A stretch of 64,000 nt of DNA from Eubacteriales bacterium. Lineage in GTDB: Bacteria > Bacillota > Clostridia > Oscillospirales > QAKW01. The stretch covers positions 6,121 through 70,120 of the forward strand of contig JAZTXG010000031.1 of assembly GCA_045636365.1 (NCBI GenBank). Reading direction: 5' to 3'. Positions within the stretch are counted from its first letter, which is position 1, and each line of letters opens with the position of its first letter. The notes under the pieces are model-generated. The model was not told the DNA's origin, made no database searches, and worked only from the letters and a program-made list of their open reading frames with translations. Below, in pieces: positions 33,964-43,932 of this stretch. Made by a program: the position numbers and the translations under genes.

Positions 33964-34350
33964 ATGAAAAAAATGAATCTGCGCAATGTCCGCTGGTCGG
34001 TCGTTTTGATCGCTGCGGTATTTATTGCCATCGGCGGATATCTTTTATATAGCCACATTGCCCTCAACGAGGTCTCCAGCGAGCTTCTGGCGGCCAAGCA
34101 AGAGCTGACCAAGCTGGAAGGCGAGGCGGGAAATCTGCAGGTTTCGATCGATAGCAAAAATTCCATGGGCGAGATCGAGCGTATCGCCACCGAGGAATTG
34201 GGTATGGTCAAGATCGAGAATTATCAGATCCAGACCATCAATCTGCTGACCGACGATACTGTGGAGATCATCAAAGACGAGCCCACAAACGATAGCTGGT
34301 GGGATGGCGTAGTGGCAGAATTCAACATTTTGTTGGAATATCTGAGCTGA
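33964..34350 (+). CDS. ftsL: cell division protein FtsL-like (bitopic, coiled coil)
   Basis: 128 aa. Has a single TM helix followed by a coiled coil (LLAAKQELTKLEGEAGNLQ). Position between rsmH and the PBP gene is conserved. Confidence 0.7.
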   Translation: MKKMNLRNVRWSVVLIAAVFIAIGGYLLYSHIALNEVSSELLAAKQELTKLEGEAGNLQVSIDSKNSMGEIERIATEELGMVKIENYQIQTINLLTDDTVEIIKDEPTNDSWWDGVVAEFNILLEYLS

Positions 34351-34459
34351 TTTAAAATATGATTAAAGTGAAACGAGAGTGGGAAATTTTTCTTACTCTC
34401 ATTTTGCGCTTTATAAGGAACTGATTTTTTGGAAATTATTTGGCGAAAGGAGCTGCAAA

Positions 34460-36679
34460 ATGGGTAAAGGACCGAGTCGATCCATGGTCAAAAGAAGTAC
34501 AATTATGCTGGGCATCTTTGCTGCGGCATTATTGGTCTGGATGGCGGGCGTATTGGTGAAATACCAGATCGTCAACTATAATTATTATCAGACCCGCGCC
34601 ATCGCTCAGCAAACGATGGATACCACCTTGGCGCCCAACCGCGGCTCGATCTATAGCAGAAACTATACCCCCCTTGCCATTTCTGCGCCGGTGGAAACCG
34701 TCTATATTGCCCCCAATTCCATCGACGAGGAAGACCGCAGAACGGTGGCAGAAGGGCTGGCTTCCATTCTGGAGATGGAGGAGGATGCCATCTATCAGAA
34801 AACGCTGAAAAAGAACTATTATGAGATGATCAAACGCCGCATCGATGCGGAGGTTGCCGATCAGATCCGCGACTGGATCGATGAAAAGAATTTAAAAGGT
34901 GTCCATCTGGTGGAGGATACCAAGCGGTATTATCCCTATAACAGTATGGCCTGCCATATTCTGGGCTTCACCGGAACCGATAACGTCGGGTTGGACGGCA
35001 TTGAGTCCATCTACAATGAATATCTGCAAGGCACTTCGGGTAAATTGATCACCGCCAAAAATGCGATCGGTACCGAATTGCCCTATGAATATGAGACCTA
35101 TGTGGCCGCCGAGAACGGCAAAAATGTGGTGCTGACCATCGATGAGACGGTGCAGTACTATCTGGAAAAGCACCTGCAGGAAGCGCGTTTGGAGCAAAAA
35201 TGCGTCGAGGGCGCGGCAGGCATTGTCATGAATGTCAAGACCGGCGAGATTTTGGCGATGGCATCCCTGCCCAACTATGACCCCAACAGCTACTATACCA
35301 TCACCGACCAGATGGCGCTGGAAGCGCTGGAAGAATATGAGGAAGAGGAGCGCAAAGAGCAGGAGACCGCCTTCCGCAATAAGATCTGGCGTAATAAGTG
35401 CATTGTGGATACCTATATGCCCGGCTCCACCTTCAAGATCGTCACCCTTTCGATGGCGCTGGAAGAAGGCTTGATCAATACCGGCAATACTTATTCCTGC
35501 CCCGGCTACATTCGCGTGGCCGACCGCACCATTCGTTGCTGGAAATCGGGCGGTCATGGGCATCAGACCTTGGCGCAGGCGATCCAAAATTCCTGCAACC
35601 CCGCCTTTATCACCATCGGTGCCAAGGTGGGCGCCACCAATTTCTATCAATATTTCAAAAACTTCGGCTTGACCGAAAAGACGGGTGTGGACCTCAATGG
35701 TGAGGCGAGCGGTATTTGGTTCAGCAAGTTCCAGGAAGTCGAGCTTGCCACCGCCTCCTTCGGTCAGAACTTTAAGATCACCCCGCTGCAGATGATCACC
35801 GCGGTGGGCGCTGCCAGCAACGGCGGCAAATTGGTCACTCCCCATGTGGTCAAGGAAATCACCGAAACCCAAGAAGACGGCACCGAAAAGGTGGTCAAAA
35901 GCTTCACTCCGCAGGTCAAGCGGCAGATCATCTCTGCCGAAACCAGTGCGCTGGTCTGCGACCTGCTGGAAGAGGTCGTTACTGTCGGTTCGGGTAAAAA
36001 TGCCTACGTTAAGGGCTACCGCGTGGCAGGAAAGACCGGTACTTCTGAAAAAATCGACGTTCTGAACGCCACCGGCGATAAGTACTATATTTCTTCGTTT
36101 ATCGGTTTTGCGCCGGCCGACGAACCCGAATATGCCATTTTGGTGATGCTGGATAGCCCCAGCGCAGGGGAGATCTACGGCGGTATCATCGCCGCTCCCG
36201 TCGCGGGCGATATTTTGGCGGATATTCTGCCTTATCTGAACATCCAGCCGCAGTATACCGAAGAAGAATTGGAAACCTTGGATGTTTCGATCCCCTCGCT
36301 GATGGAGCAGTCCCTCGAGGAGGCGGAAGCGGTGCTGATCGATAAAGAAATTAAGTATAAAGTCAAGGGCGATGGCGATACCGTTGTGGACCAGATGCCC
36401 CAGCCCGGTTCGACTATGCCCCAAAGCGGAACGATGATCCTCTATACCGGCGATGCCAAACCCTCCAAGAATATTACCGTTCCCAATCTGGTGGATTATT
36501 CGGTGGCGGGTGCATCCAATCGCATCGCTTCGATGGGCTTGAATGTGCGCGTGGTAGGCAATTCCAATGCCGGCTCCACCGCCTTGGTCATCTCTCAATC
36601 CCCCGCCGCAGGGGAAGTGGTCCCCGAAGGAACGGTGGTCACCATTCGAACCAACAGTTCTGTGGGGGTTCAAAACTAA
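34460..36679 (+). CDS. class B penicillin-binding protein (FtsI/SpoVD-type) with two C-terminal PASTA domains
   Basis: ATG at 34460 follows the RBS aaaggag. Has a TM anchor, the transpeptidase motifs STFK, SCN and KTGT, and two PASTA repeats at the C-terminus. Confidence 0.9.
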   Translation: MGKGPSRSMVKRSTIMLGIFAAALLVWMAGVLVKYQIVNYNYYQTRAIAQQTMDTTLAPNRGSIYSRNYTPLAISAPVETVYIAPNSIDEEDRRTVAEGLASILEMEEDAIYQKTLKKNYYEMIKRRIDAEVADQIRDWIDEKNLKGVHLVEDTKRYYPYNSMACHILGFTGTDNVGLDGIESIYNEYLQGTSGKLITAKNAIGTELPYEYETYVAAENGKNVVLTIDETVQYYLEKHLQEARLEQKCVEGAAGIVMNVKTGEILAMASLPNYDPNSYYTITDQMALEALEEYEEEERKEQETAFRNKIWRNKCIVDTYMPGSTFKIVTLSMALEEGLINTGNTYSCPGYIRVADRTIRCWKSGGHGHQTLAQAIQNSCNPAFITIGAKVGATNFYQYFKNFGLTEKTGVDLNGEASGIWFSKFQEVELATASFGQNFKITPLQMITAVGAASNGGKLVTPHVVKEITETQEDGTEKVVKSFTPQVKRQIISAETSALVCDLLEEVVTVGSGKNAYVKGYRVAGKTGTSEKIDVLNATGDKYYISSFIGFAPADEPEYAILVMLDSPSAGEIYGGIIAAPVAGDILADILPYLNIQPQYTEEELETLDVSIPSLMEQSLEEAEAVLIDKEIKYKVKGDGDTVVDQMPQPGSTMPQSGTMILYTGDAKPSKNITVPNLVDYSVAGASNRIASMGLNVRVVGNSNAGSTALVISQSPAAGEVVPEGTVVTIRTNSSVGVQN

Positions 36680-36702
36680 TTCGATAAAGGAGCGTGTAAT
36701 TT

Positions 36703-38130
36703 ATGCTGTTATCGGAACTTTTAAACGGAATTCAAACATTAAATACATATACCGACCGCGAAATCGCAGGCATCGCCTTCGATTCCCGCAAGGTGGAAAA
36801 GGATTTCCTTTTCTGCGCCATCCGCGGTGAGACGGTCGACGGTCACAATTTCATCGCCTCTGCCGCCGAAAAGGGCGCGGCGGTGATCTTGGCGGAATAT
36901 GCCACAGAGCATGCAGCCGCCGAGATTTTGGTGAAGGATACCCGCATGGCATTCCAGCAGGTCTGCGCCAATTATTTCGGCCATCCCGAAAAATCCATGC
37001 GCTTTCTGGGGGTGACCGGCACCAACGGCAAGACCTCCGCCACCCAATTTATTAAAAGCATTTTAGATGGGATGGGCGTCAAGGCGGGCTTGATCGGTAC
37101 CGTTTTGAATCAAATCGGTACCGTCAGCGAGCCTGCGGAGTTCACAACGCCGGAACCCTACCAGCTTTTTGCCCTGCTGCGCCTTATGAAGGATGCAGGG
37201 GTGGAGATGGTGGTGATGGAGGTCTCTTCCCAGGCGATGGATCAGCGCCGCGCCGATAGCTTGCCCTTTGCGGCCGCGGGCTTTACCAATCTGACCCAAG
37301 ACCATCTGGACTACCATAAGACGATGGAAAACTATAAAGAAGCCAAAGCGCGCCTCTTTTCGATGGCGGGCAAGGGCGTCTATAATATCGACGATGCGGT
37401 CGGTGTGGAATTCAAATCCCGTTTCGGCGGGCTGACCTATTCCGCCAAGGGCAAAGCCGATCTTTATGCATCCAAGATCCAAATGGATGTTTCGGGGGTT
37501 GCCTATCAACTGAATTATTGCGGAAAAGCCGCGCAGATCAAGGTTTCCACCCCCGGCTTGTTTACCGTTCATAATACCCTTTGCGCCGCAGGTGTCCTGC
37601 TGGCGGCAGGGTTCACCTTTGATCAGGTGGTTGAGGGGCTCAACTGCATCCCCAAGGTGGCAGGGCGCGCCGAGATCATCACCGAAGGGTTGCCCTTCGA
37701 TGTGATGCTGGATTATGCCCATACCCCCGATGCGCTGGAGAATATTCTGACCACCATCCGTACCTATGCCAAGGGCAGGGTGGTCACGTTGTTTGGCTGC
37801 GGCGGCGATCGCGACCGCACCAAGCGCCCCAAAATGGCGGCGGCTGCGGCGAAATATAGCGATTTTCTGATCGTCACCTCCGATAACCCTCGCACCGAGG
37901 ATCCCTCCGCGATCATCAAGGAGGTCTTGGTGGGCTTGGAAGGCTGCGATGTGCCCTATGCGGTGATCGAAAACCGCAAGGAAGCCATCGGCTATGCTAT
38001 CCAAAATGCCCAACAAGATGATCTCATCCTGCTGGCGGGCAAGGGCCACGAGGATTATCAGATCATCGGCAAAGAAAAGCATCATTTTGATGAGAAAGAA
38101 ATTGTAGAGGAATATTTAAAGCAATGCTGA
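36703..38130 (+). CDS. murE: UDP-N-acetylmuramoyl-L-alanyl-D-glutamate--2,6-diaminopimelate ligase
   Basis: Has the P-loop GVTGTNGKTS and the DNPR motif (TSDNPRTEDP) that indicates meso-DAP specificity. Confidence 0.95.
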   Translation: MLLSELLNGIQTLNTYTDREIAGIAFDSRKVEKDFLFCAIRGETVDGHNFIASAAEKGAAVILAEYATEHAAAEILVKDTRMAFQQVCANYFGHPEKSMRFLGVTGTNGKTSATQFIKSILDGMGVKAGLIGTVLNQIGTVSEPAEFTTPEPYQLFALLRLMKDAGVEMVVMEVSSQAMDQRRADSLPFAAAGFTNLTQDHLDYHKTMENYKEAKARLFSMAGKGVYNIDDAVGVEFKSRFGGLTYSAKGKADLYASKIQMDVSGVAYQLNYCGKAAQIKVSTPGLFTVHNTLCAAGVLLAAGFTFDQVVEGLNCIPKVAGRAEIITEGLPFDVMLDYAHTPDALENILTTIRTYAKGRVVTLFGCGGDRDRTKRPKMAAAAAKYSDFLIVTSDNPRTEDPSAIIKEVLVGLEGCDVPYAVIENRKEAIGYAIQNAQQDDLILLAGKGHEDYQIIGKEKHHFDEKEIVEEYLKQC

Positions 38131-39464
38131 ATGTTTCAACGATTGCAGTTGCATTAAATTGTGTATACGACGGACCGGATTTTGAGGTCCATACTTATGT
38201 CACCGATTCCCGCAAGGTGCAAAAAGGCTGCCTTTTTGCCGCCATCAAAGGCGAGCGGGTCGATGGTCATTCCTTTATTCCCGCGCTGGACCAAGCGTAT
38301 GAAAACATTGTGTTTTTGGTCTCCGAGCGACCCGAAAAAGAGCTTCGCAATCCCTGCTTTGTTGTGGAGGATGTGCGGGAAGGGCTGGGCTTCATCGCCA
38401 AGGCGCATCTTATGCAGCTGGAGGCAAAGATCATCGGTGTCACCGGTAGTGTGGGAAAAACCACCACCAAGAATTTCATTCTCTCGGCGCTCAATGCCGC
38501 CATCAAGGCATCGGGTACTGCGGGGAATATGAATAACGAACTGGGCGTCCCGCTGACCGCTTTGGCGGTCTCGGAGCAGGATCGCGCTGCGGTGGTAGAG
38601 ATGGGAATGCGCGGATTGGGTCAGATTGAATATCTGACGCAGTTTGTTCGCCCCGATATCGCGGTGATTACCAATATCGGTGTGGCGCATCTGGAGTTGC
38701 TGAAAAGCCGCGCCAATATCGCCCGCGCCAAATTGGAATTGGTGGACGCGCTGGAGGAGAATGGCATCGCGCTGCTTAACGGCGATGAGCCGCTGCTCTA
38801 TCAAGCGCGCGCTGATAAAAAATGCCTGTATTTCGGCTTTTCCGCCCATAACGATTACCGCGCTGAAAACATCGACGGAACCACCTTTGATCTGCATTAT
38901 CCCGATGGCGTACTTTCCATCACCTTGCAGCCGGAAGGGGAGCATCAGATCATGAACGCGCTTGCCGCCTTCGGTGTGGGGCATCTTTTAGGAATTGACC
39001 CTGCATTATTAAAGCAAGGCTTGGAAGCCTTTGAGGGCGATGGTCGGCGGATGTTCACCGAGACCGTAGGGAATATTACCGTCATTGATGATAGTTATAA
39101 CGCTTCCCCCGATTCCATGGCAGCCGCTTTAAAGGTGCTTGCCGCTAAGAGTGGTCGGCGGGTGGCGGTTTTGGGCGATATGCTGGAGCTGGGCAGCTTC
39201 GAGCAGCAGGGGCATCGGCAGGTCGGCGCCCTTTGCGGCGAGCTGAAGATCGATGCAGTGGTGGCGATCGGAACCCTCGCCAAAGAGATCTATAAGGCCC
39301 TGCCCGATGAAATGGAAAAATATTATGTACCCGATCGCGCAGAAGCGCTTGATGCAATATTGCAGGCGGTTTCTGCGGGCGATACCGTACTTTTCAAAGC
39401 GTCCAACAGTATGAATTTTCAGCAGTTGGCAAACAGCTTGAAAGAAAGGATGAAAAATCAATGA
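38124..39464 (+). CDS. murF: UDP-N-acetylmuramoyl-tripeptide--D-alanyl-D-alanine ligase
   Basis: Has GVTGSVGKTTTK and DDSYNASPDS motifs. Overlaps the murE stop. Confidence 0.93.
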   Translation: MLNVSTIAVALNCVYDGPDFEVHTYVTDSRKVQKGCLFAAIKGERVDGHSFIPALDQAYENIVFLVSERPEKELRNPCFVVEDVREGLGFIAKAHLMQLEAKIIGVTGSVGKTTTKNFILSALNAAIKASGTAGNMNNELGVPLTALAVSEQDRAAVVEMGMRGLGQIEYLTQFVRPDIAVITNIGVAHLELLKSRANIARAKLELVDALEENGIALLNGDEPLLYQARADKKCLYFGFSAHNDYRAENIDGTTFDLHYPDGVLSITLQPEGEHQIMNALAAFGVGHLLGIDPALLKQGLEAFEGDGRRMFTETVGNITVIDDSYNASPDSMAAALKVLAAKSGRRVAVLGDMLELGSFEQQGHRQVGALCGELKIDAVVAIGTLAKEIYKALPDEMEKYYVPDRAEALDAILQAVSAGDTVLFKASNSMNFQQLANSLKERMKNQ

Positions 39465-40471
39465 ATTATTGGCTGATCCTATCCGCTTTAGTTGCAAGTT
39501 TTTTACTCGCGATGCTTTTGGCGCCGCTGATCTTACCCTGGTTGCGCCGATTAAAGTGTTCCCAAAGCATTTTGGAGATCGGTCCTTCTTGGCATAAAGA
39601 AACCAAGCAAGGCACGCCCACCATCGGCGGCTTGATCTTTATCATCCCCACCATATTGGTTTCCCTCTTCTTCGGGTTCACCGAATTGATGCAAGGGGAT
39701 CTGCGGCTGATGCTGGTTCTGGGCTTTACCTTGATCTGCGGATTGGTCGGTTTTCTGGACGATTATATCAAGGTGGTCAAAAAACGCAACCAAGGTCTGA
39801 CCGCTTGGCAAAAGACCTTGCCGCTGCTGGCAGCCATCGCGCTCTTTTTGGGTGCATTGTATGTCAACGGCATTATTGACGATACTATCTTTATTCCCTT
39901 TATCAATTATCGCCTGCCCCTTTGGTATTTCTATTTTCTCATTATGATTCCGATGGTCTTCTTCTTTGTCAATTCGGTCAATCTGACCGATGGCTTGGAT
40001 GGCTTGGTCACCAGCGTTTCCATGCCCTATACCATCTCTTTTATCATCATCGGTTTTATGCTTTCCAAAGCAATGAATAATACAGGGATCACTGTCTTCG
40101 CCGCGGCGTTGACCGGCGGTCTGGCGGCATTTCTCATTTATAATTTCCATCCCGCCAAGGTTTTCATGGGGGATACAGGCTCGCTCTTTTTGGGCGCAGC
40201 GATTGTCAGCATGGCGCTGGCCTATGACCTGCCTTATTTCATCATCATCGGCGGTATTATGTTCCTAATCGAAGGTCTTTCGGTGGTGCTGCAGGTTGGT
40301 TTTTATAAGCTGACCCACGGCAAGCGGATCTTTAAAATGACCCCCATCCACCATCATTTCGAGATGTGTAAATGGTCGGAGATCAAGATTGTGGCGGTCT
40401 TCACCGTCATCAGCGCGATCGGCTGCCTGCTGGCGCTTTGGGGCTTGGTCTACTACGGTATTACGATCTGA
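39461..40471 (+). CDS. mraY: phospho-N-acetylmuramoyl-pentapeptide-transferase
   Basis: Has K..TPTIGG, NLTDGLDGL, FMGDTGSL and PIHHHFE motifs. ATGA overlap with murF. Confidence 0.96.
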   Translation: MNYWLILSALVASFLLAMLLAPLILPWLRRLKCSQSILEIGPSWHKETKQGTPTIGGLIFIIPTILVSLFFGFTELMQGDLRLMLVLGFTLICGLVGFLDDYIKVVKKRNQGLTAWQKTLPLLAAIALFLGALYVNGIIDDTIFIPFINYRLPLWYFYFLIMIPMVFFFVNSVNLTDGLDGLVTSVSMPYTISFIIIGFMLSKAMNNTGITVFAAALTGGLAAFLIYNFHPAKVFMGDTGSLFLGAAIVSMALAYDLPYFIIIGGIMFLIEGLSVVLQVGFYKLTHGKRIFKMTPIHHHFEMCKWSEIKIVAVFTVISAIGCLLALWGLVYYGITI

Positions 40472-40508
40472 TTTTGTTTGATTATTATGTTCAACGGAGG
40501 TGAGCCCA

Positions 40509-41669
40509 TTGGCATCCAATAAAACAACCAAAAAGAAGATCCAATGGTTTGCAAAAAAAGGGGAGGCCGGCGGCATTGATCCGGTCTTTCTGATCCTGGT
40601 ATTTTGCCTTTTGGGCTTCGGGCTGGTCATGGTGGCATCTGCCAGCTATGTCAGCGCGCTCCATAAGGAAGGCGATAGTTACCATTATATCAAGCGTCAG
40701 TTGATCTTTGCCATCATCGGTGTGGCGATGATGCTGTTTATAACACGGTTTGACTATAGCGTTTTCCGTCGGTTCATTCCTGCCTATTTCGGTGTTTCGG
40801 TGTTGCTGTTGATTATGGTATTGATTCCCGGAATCGGCATCGAAGCCAACGGTGCGCGGCGCTGGCTGGGATTTGGAGGTTTGACCTTCCAGCCCAGCGA
40901 ATTGGCAAAATTGGCAATTATAATGCTCTTTGCCTCCTATATGGCGGCAAATTATAAGCGAATGAAAGAGTTTAAGGTGGGAATGATCTATCCGGCGGCG
41001 GCATTGTTTTTGGTCTGCTTCCTGGTGGCGATCGAAACCCATGTTTCCGGCGCCATTCTGATCTTTGCGGTAGGCGCGGTGCTGATGTTTGTCGGCGGGG
41101 TCAACCTCAAGTATTTTTTCAGCATCGGCGGCGCGGGCGTCGCGGCGTTGGCGGGCTTTGCCTGGCTGATTCCGTACGCGCGCACCCGTATCCAAACGAT
41201 GATGAACCCCGAGGCCGATCCCACCGGCGCAGGATTTCAGACAATGCAGTCGTTGTATGCCATCGGCAGCGGTGGTCTGCTGGGTCTGGGCTTGGGTCAA
41301 TCGCGGCAAAAATATCTTTATATCCCCGAGCCGCAAAACGACTATATTTTCTCCATTGTCTGCGAAGAGCTGGGCTTTATCGGCGCATTGATGGTGATTA
41401 TCTTGTTTGTGCTGTTGATTTGGCGCGGATTTGTCATTGCCTACCATGCCAAAGATAAATTTGGCTCGCTGATGGTCATCGGTATTGTCTCGCGGGTGGC
41501 GATTCAAACGATTTTAAACATCGGCGTGGTCACCAATTCCATTCCTCCCACAGGGATCAGCCTGCCCTTCTTCAGCTACGGCGGAACCGCGCTGGTCATT
41601 CTTTTGGTGGAGATGGGTATTGTGTTGGCGGTCTCCCGCTATTCCAGATTGGAGGGAATGAAAGAATGA
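40509..41669 (+). CDS. ftsW: SEDS-family peptidoglycan glycosyltransferase FtsW/SpoVE
   Basis: About 10 TM helices. Has the QPSE(L)AK and PEP.NDYIFS motifs. The track start GTG at 40500 sits inside the RBS ggagg, so TTG at 40509 is the more plausible start. Confidence 0.88.
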   Translation: MASNKTTKKKIQWFAKKGEAGGIDPVFLILVFCLLGFGLVMVASASYVSALHKEGDSYHYIKRQLIFAIIGVAMMLFITRFDYSVFRRFIPAYFGVSVLLLIMVLIPGIGIEANGARRWLGFGGLTFQPSELAKLAIIMLFASYMAANYKRMKEFKVGMIYPAAALFLVCFLVAIETHVSGAILIFAVGAVLMFVGGVNLKYFFSIGGAGVAALAGFAWLIPYARTRIQTMMNPEADPTGAGFQTMQSLYAIGSGGLLGLGLGQSRQKYLYIPEPQNDYIFSIVCEELGFIGALMVIILFVLLIWRGFVIAYHAKDKFGSLMVIGIVSRVAIQTILNIGVVTNSIPPTGISLPFFSYGGTALVILLVEMGIVLAVSRYSRLEGMKE

Positions 41670-42778
41670 GAGTTTTATTAGCAGGCGGCGGTACCGCGGG
41701 TCATTGCAACCCCGCCATCGCCATCGCTTCGGTCATTCGGGAAAAGAATAAGGACGCCCAGATTCTGTTTGTGGGCAATCGCGGCAAGATTGAAGAAACC
41801 TTGGTGCAAAAGGCGGGCTTTGATTTCAAAGCCATCCGTATTCAAGGCTTTCGCCGCTCCCTCTCGCCCGATAATCTCAAGACCGTCTGGCTTTATTTGA
41901 AGGCGAAAAGCGATTGCCGCAAAATTATCAAAGAATTTAAGCCTGATCTGGTGATCGGTACCGGCGGATATGTCTCGGGCCCTGTGGTTGCGGCGGCGCA
42001 AAATATGGGGATCCCCACCTGTATTCATGAGCAAAATGCTTACCCCGGTGTCACCAGCAAGATGCTGGCGCGCAAGGCGGATATTGTCTTTATCAGCTTC
42101 CCCGGCAGCGAGCAGTATTTCGGCAAGGTCAAAAAAATGATCCTTTCGGGCAACCCGCTGCGGATTGAGGTTTTGAATACCAAGCGCGAAGATGCCCGCA
42201 AACAGTTGGGCATTCCCGAGGATGCCTTCTATCTGCTTTCCTTTGCAGGGAGCTTGGGCGCGCAGAAGATCAATGAAGCGATGGTGGATTTCATCGCCGA
42301 AAATGCGAAAAAAGGCGATTTTTATCATACCCATGCCACCGGCGAGCGGGCTTGGGCTTGGATGCCCAAAGCCTTGCTGGAAAAGGGCTATAATGTGGAG
42401 GAAGAAGGGCGCATCAAGGTTCGCCCCTATCTCTATGATATGGCGCTGCATCTGGCGGCGGCCGATGCGGTCATCAGCCGCGCAGGCGCGATTACTTTAG
42501 GGGAAATAACTGCCCTCGGCAAGCCCGCGGTATTGATTCCTTCCCCCAATGTCACCCATAACCATCAGTATTATAATGCCCGCTCCCTTTTCGATCGGGA
42601 AGGAGCGCTGCTGCTGGAAGAGACGGATCTTTCGGCAGAAAGGTTATACGAAATGGTTTTGGACCTGAAGGAAAATCCCGCCAAGCGCGAAGCGCTCTCC
42701 CGCGGCGCGTTGAAGCTGGGGCTGCCGCAGGCCTCGGAAGAAATTTACCAAGAAATATACGCATTGCTCCATTCCTAA
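41666..42778 (+). CDS. murG: undecaprenyldiphospho-muramoylpentapeptide beta-N-acetylglucosaminyltransferase
   Basis: Has the LAGGGTAGH N-terminus and the ISRAGA.T..E motif. ATGA overlap with ftsW. Confidence 0.95.
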   Translation: MRVLLAGGGTAGHCNPAIAIASVIREKNKDAQILFVGNRGKIEETLVQKAGFDFKAIRIQGFRRSLSPDNLKTVWLYLKAKSDCRKIIKEFKPDLVIGTGGYVSGPVVAAAQNMGIPTCIHEQNAYPGVTSKMLARKADIVFISFPGSEQYFGKVKKMILSGNPLRIEVLNTKREDARKQLGIPEDAFYLLSFAGSLGAQKINEAMVDFIAENAKKGDFYHTHATGERAWAWMPKALLEKGYNVEEEGRIKVRPYLYDMALHLAAADAVISRAGAITLGEITALGKPAVLIPSPNVTHNHQYYNARSLFDREGALLLEETDLSAERLYEMVLDLKENPAKREALSRGALKLGLPQASEEIYQEIYALLHS

Positions 42779-42799
42779 TGAGTTGAAAGGACTAAAGCC

Positions 42800-43768
42800 A
42801 TGGCAAACAGCGTGGATCGCTATTACCAAAAAAAGAAGCGGCGGAAAAAGAGGATCAAATTTGTCTTTTTCGGCTTGCTTTTCATATTGATGATGCTGAC
42901 TTTGGGGATTCTCTCGGTAACCGTCTTTTTCAATGCGGAAGAGATCATTGTCGAGGGAAATACCCGCTATACCGCCAAGGAGTTATTGGAGCAGGGCGAA
43001 CTTTCGGTGGGGCAGAACCTCTTCCGCTTGGATAAGTTCAAAACCATCGAAAAGATGCAGGAATTTCCTTATGTCAAGGATGTGGAGATCGACCGCAAAT
43101 TGCCCAATACCCTTGTGGTGAAGGTGATCGAAAACCAACCGGTCGTCTGGGTCCGCGCCCCCGGTGGTGCGGCGCTGCTCAATGAGGAGTATCGGGTGCT
43201 GGAAATGGTGGAAGTATCGGAAGATCGGCTGCCCGCGGAATCGGAGCTTTTGAAGGAGGAACCCAAAAAGGAACTCTCCTCCAAAGACGATGAAGAGGAG
43301 CAGGAAGAGCCCCAAGAAGAACCTCAAGAAAAACCCCAAGAAAAACCCCAAGAAGAACCCCAAGAGGAAGAAGAGCCTCAAGAGGAAGAAAAACCCAAAG
43401 AACCGCACCCAAAGCTGGCAAAAATCCCGCAGCTGACCCCGCTGAAGGCGGAAAAAGCCGAGGTGGGTGAAATCGCGGAATTTGGCGAAAAAGAGCAGGA
43501 TTATACCGGCTTTTTGAAAGAGCTCTACGATTCCTTTGGCGGCGATGAACAGTTGCAATGGGCAAAGGTCGATCAGGTGCATTTTGCCGCCCGCTATGAT
43601 ATCCGCGTGGTGTATAGCGATCGGGTGGTGATCGATTTCGGCACCTTGGACCAAGCCGAAACCAAGGTGGAACTGGCATCGTATCTATTGAAAGATAACG
43701 GTACTGCCCAGACCGCAACGGTGGATGTATCCGATCCTCAGCGCGTCTATTACAGACCTAAAAAATGA
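42800..43768 (+). CDS. ftsQ: cell division protein FtsQ/DivIB with an internal acidic (E/K)PQE repeat insertion
   Basis: Has a basic N-terminus, a TM helix, a POTRA domain (IIVEGNTRYTAKEL...VKDVEIDRKLPNTLVVKVIE), a Glu/Pro/Gln-rich repeat block and a C-terminal beta domain. Confidence 0.75.
   Translation: MANSVDRYYQKKKRRKKRIKFVFFGLLFILMMLTLGILSVTVFFNAEEIIVEGNTRYTAKELLEQGELSVGQNLFRLDKFKTIEKMQEFPYVKDVEIDRKLPNTLVVKVIENQPVVWVRAPGGAALLNEEYRVLEMVEVSEDRLPAESELLKEEPKKELSSKDDEEEQEEPQEEPQEKPQEKPQEEPQEEEEPQEEEKPKEPHPKLAKIPQLTPLKAEKAEVGEIAEFGEKEQDYTGFLKELYDSFGGDEQLQWAKVDQVHFAARYDIRVVYSDRVVIDFGTLDQAETKVELASYLLKDNGTAQTATVDVSDPQRVYYRPKK
43307..43402 (+). repeat. 12-bp in-frame tandem repeat (gaa/aaa-ccc-caa-gaa) inside ftsQ
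   Basis: gagccccaagaa gaacctcaagaa aaaccccaagaa aaaccccaagaa gaaccccaagag ... encodes EPQE EPQE KPQE KPQE EPQE EEEPQE EEKPKE. Confidence 0.85.
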
Positions 43769-43771
43769 TTT

Positions 43772-43805
43772 CGAACCTCCCGCAAAAAGCGGGAGGTTCT
43801 TTTTC
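43772..43805 (+). terminator. Rho-independent terminator after ftsQ
   Basis: Stem gaacctcccgc / gcgggaggttc followed by T5. Confidence 0.8.
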
Positions 43806-43932
43806 CATCAAATTCTTTTTAAAAATCATAAAAATTACTTGCATTTGACACTAAATAATATTAAAATAATAAATAGAGTATTTTATGATCAAGAATTATA
43901 TACCGATAAAAATCAGCAGGAGGTAAAAAGCA

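Noticed and set aside
42983-43654. Antisense ORF with a striking FFLGFFLGFFLRFFLGLFLLL repeat.
   Set aside because: It is the reverse-complement shadow of the (E/K)PQE 12-bp repeat inside ftsQ, not an independent gene.
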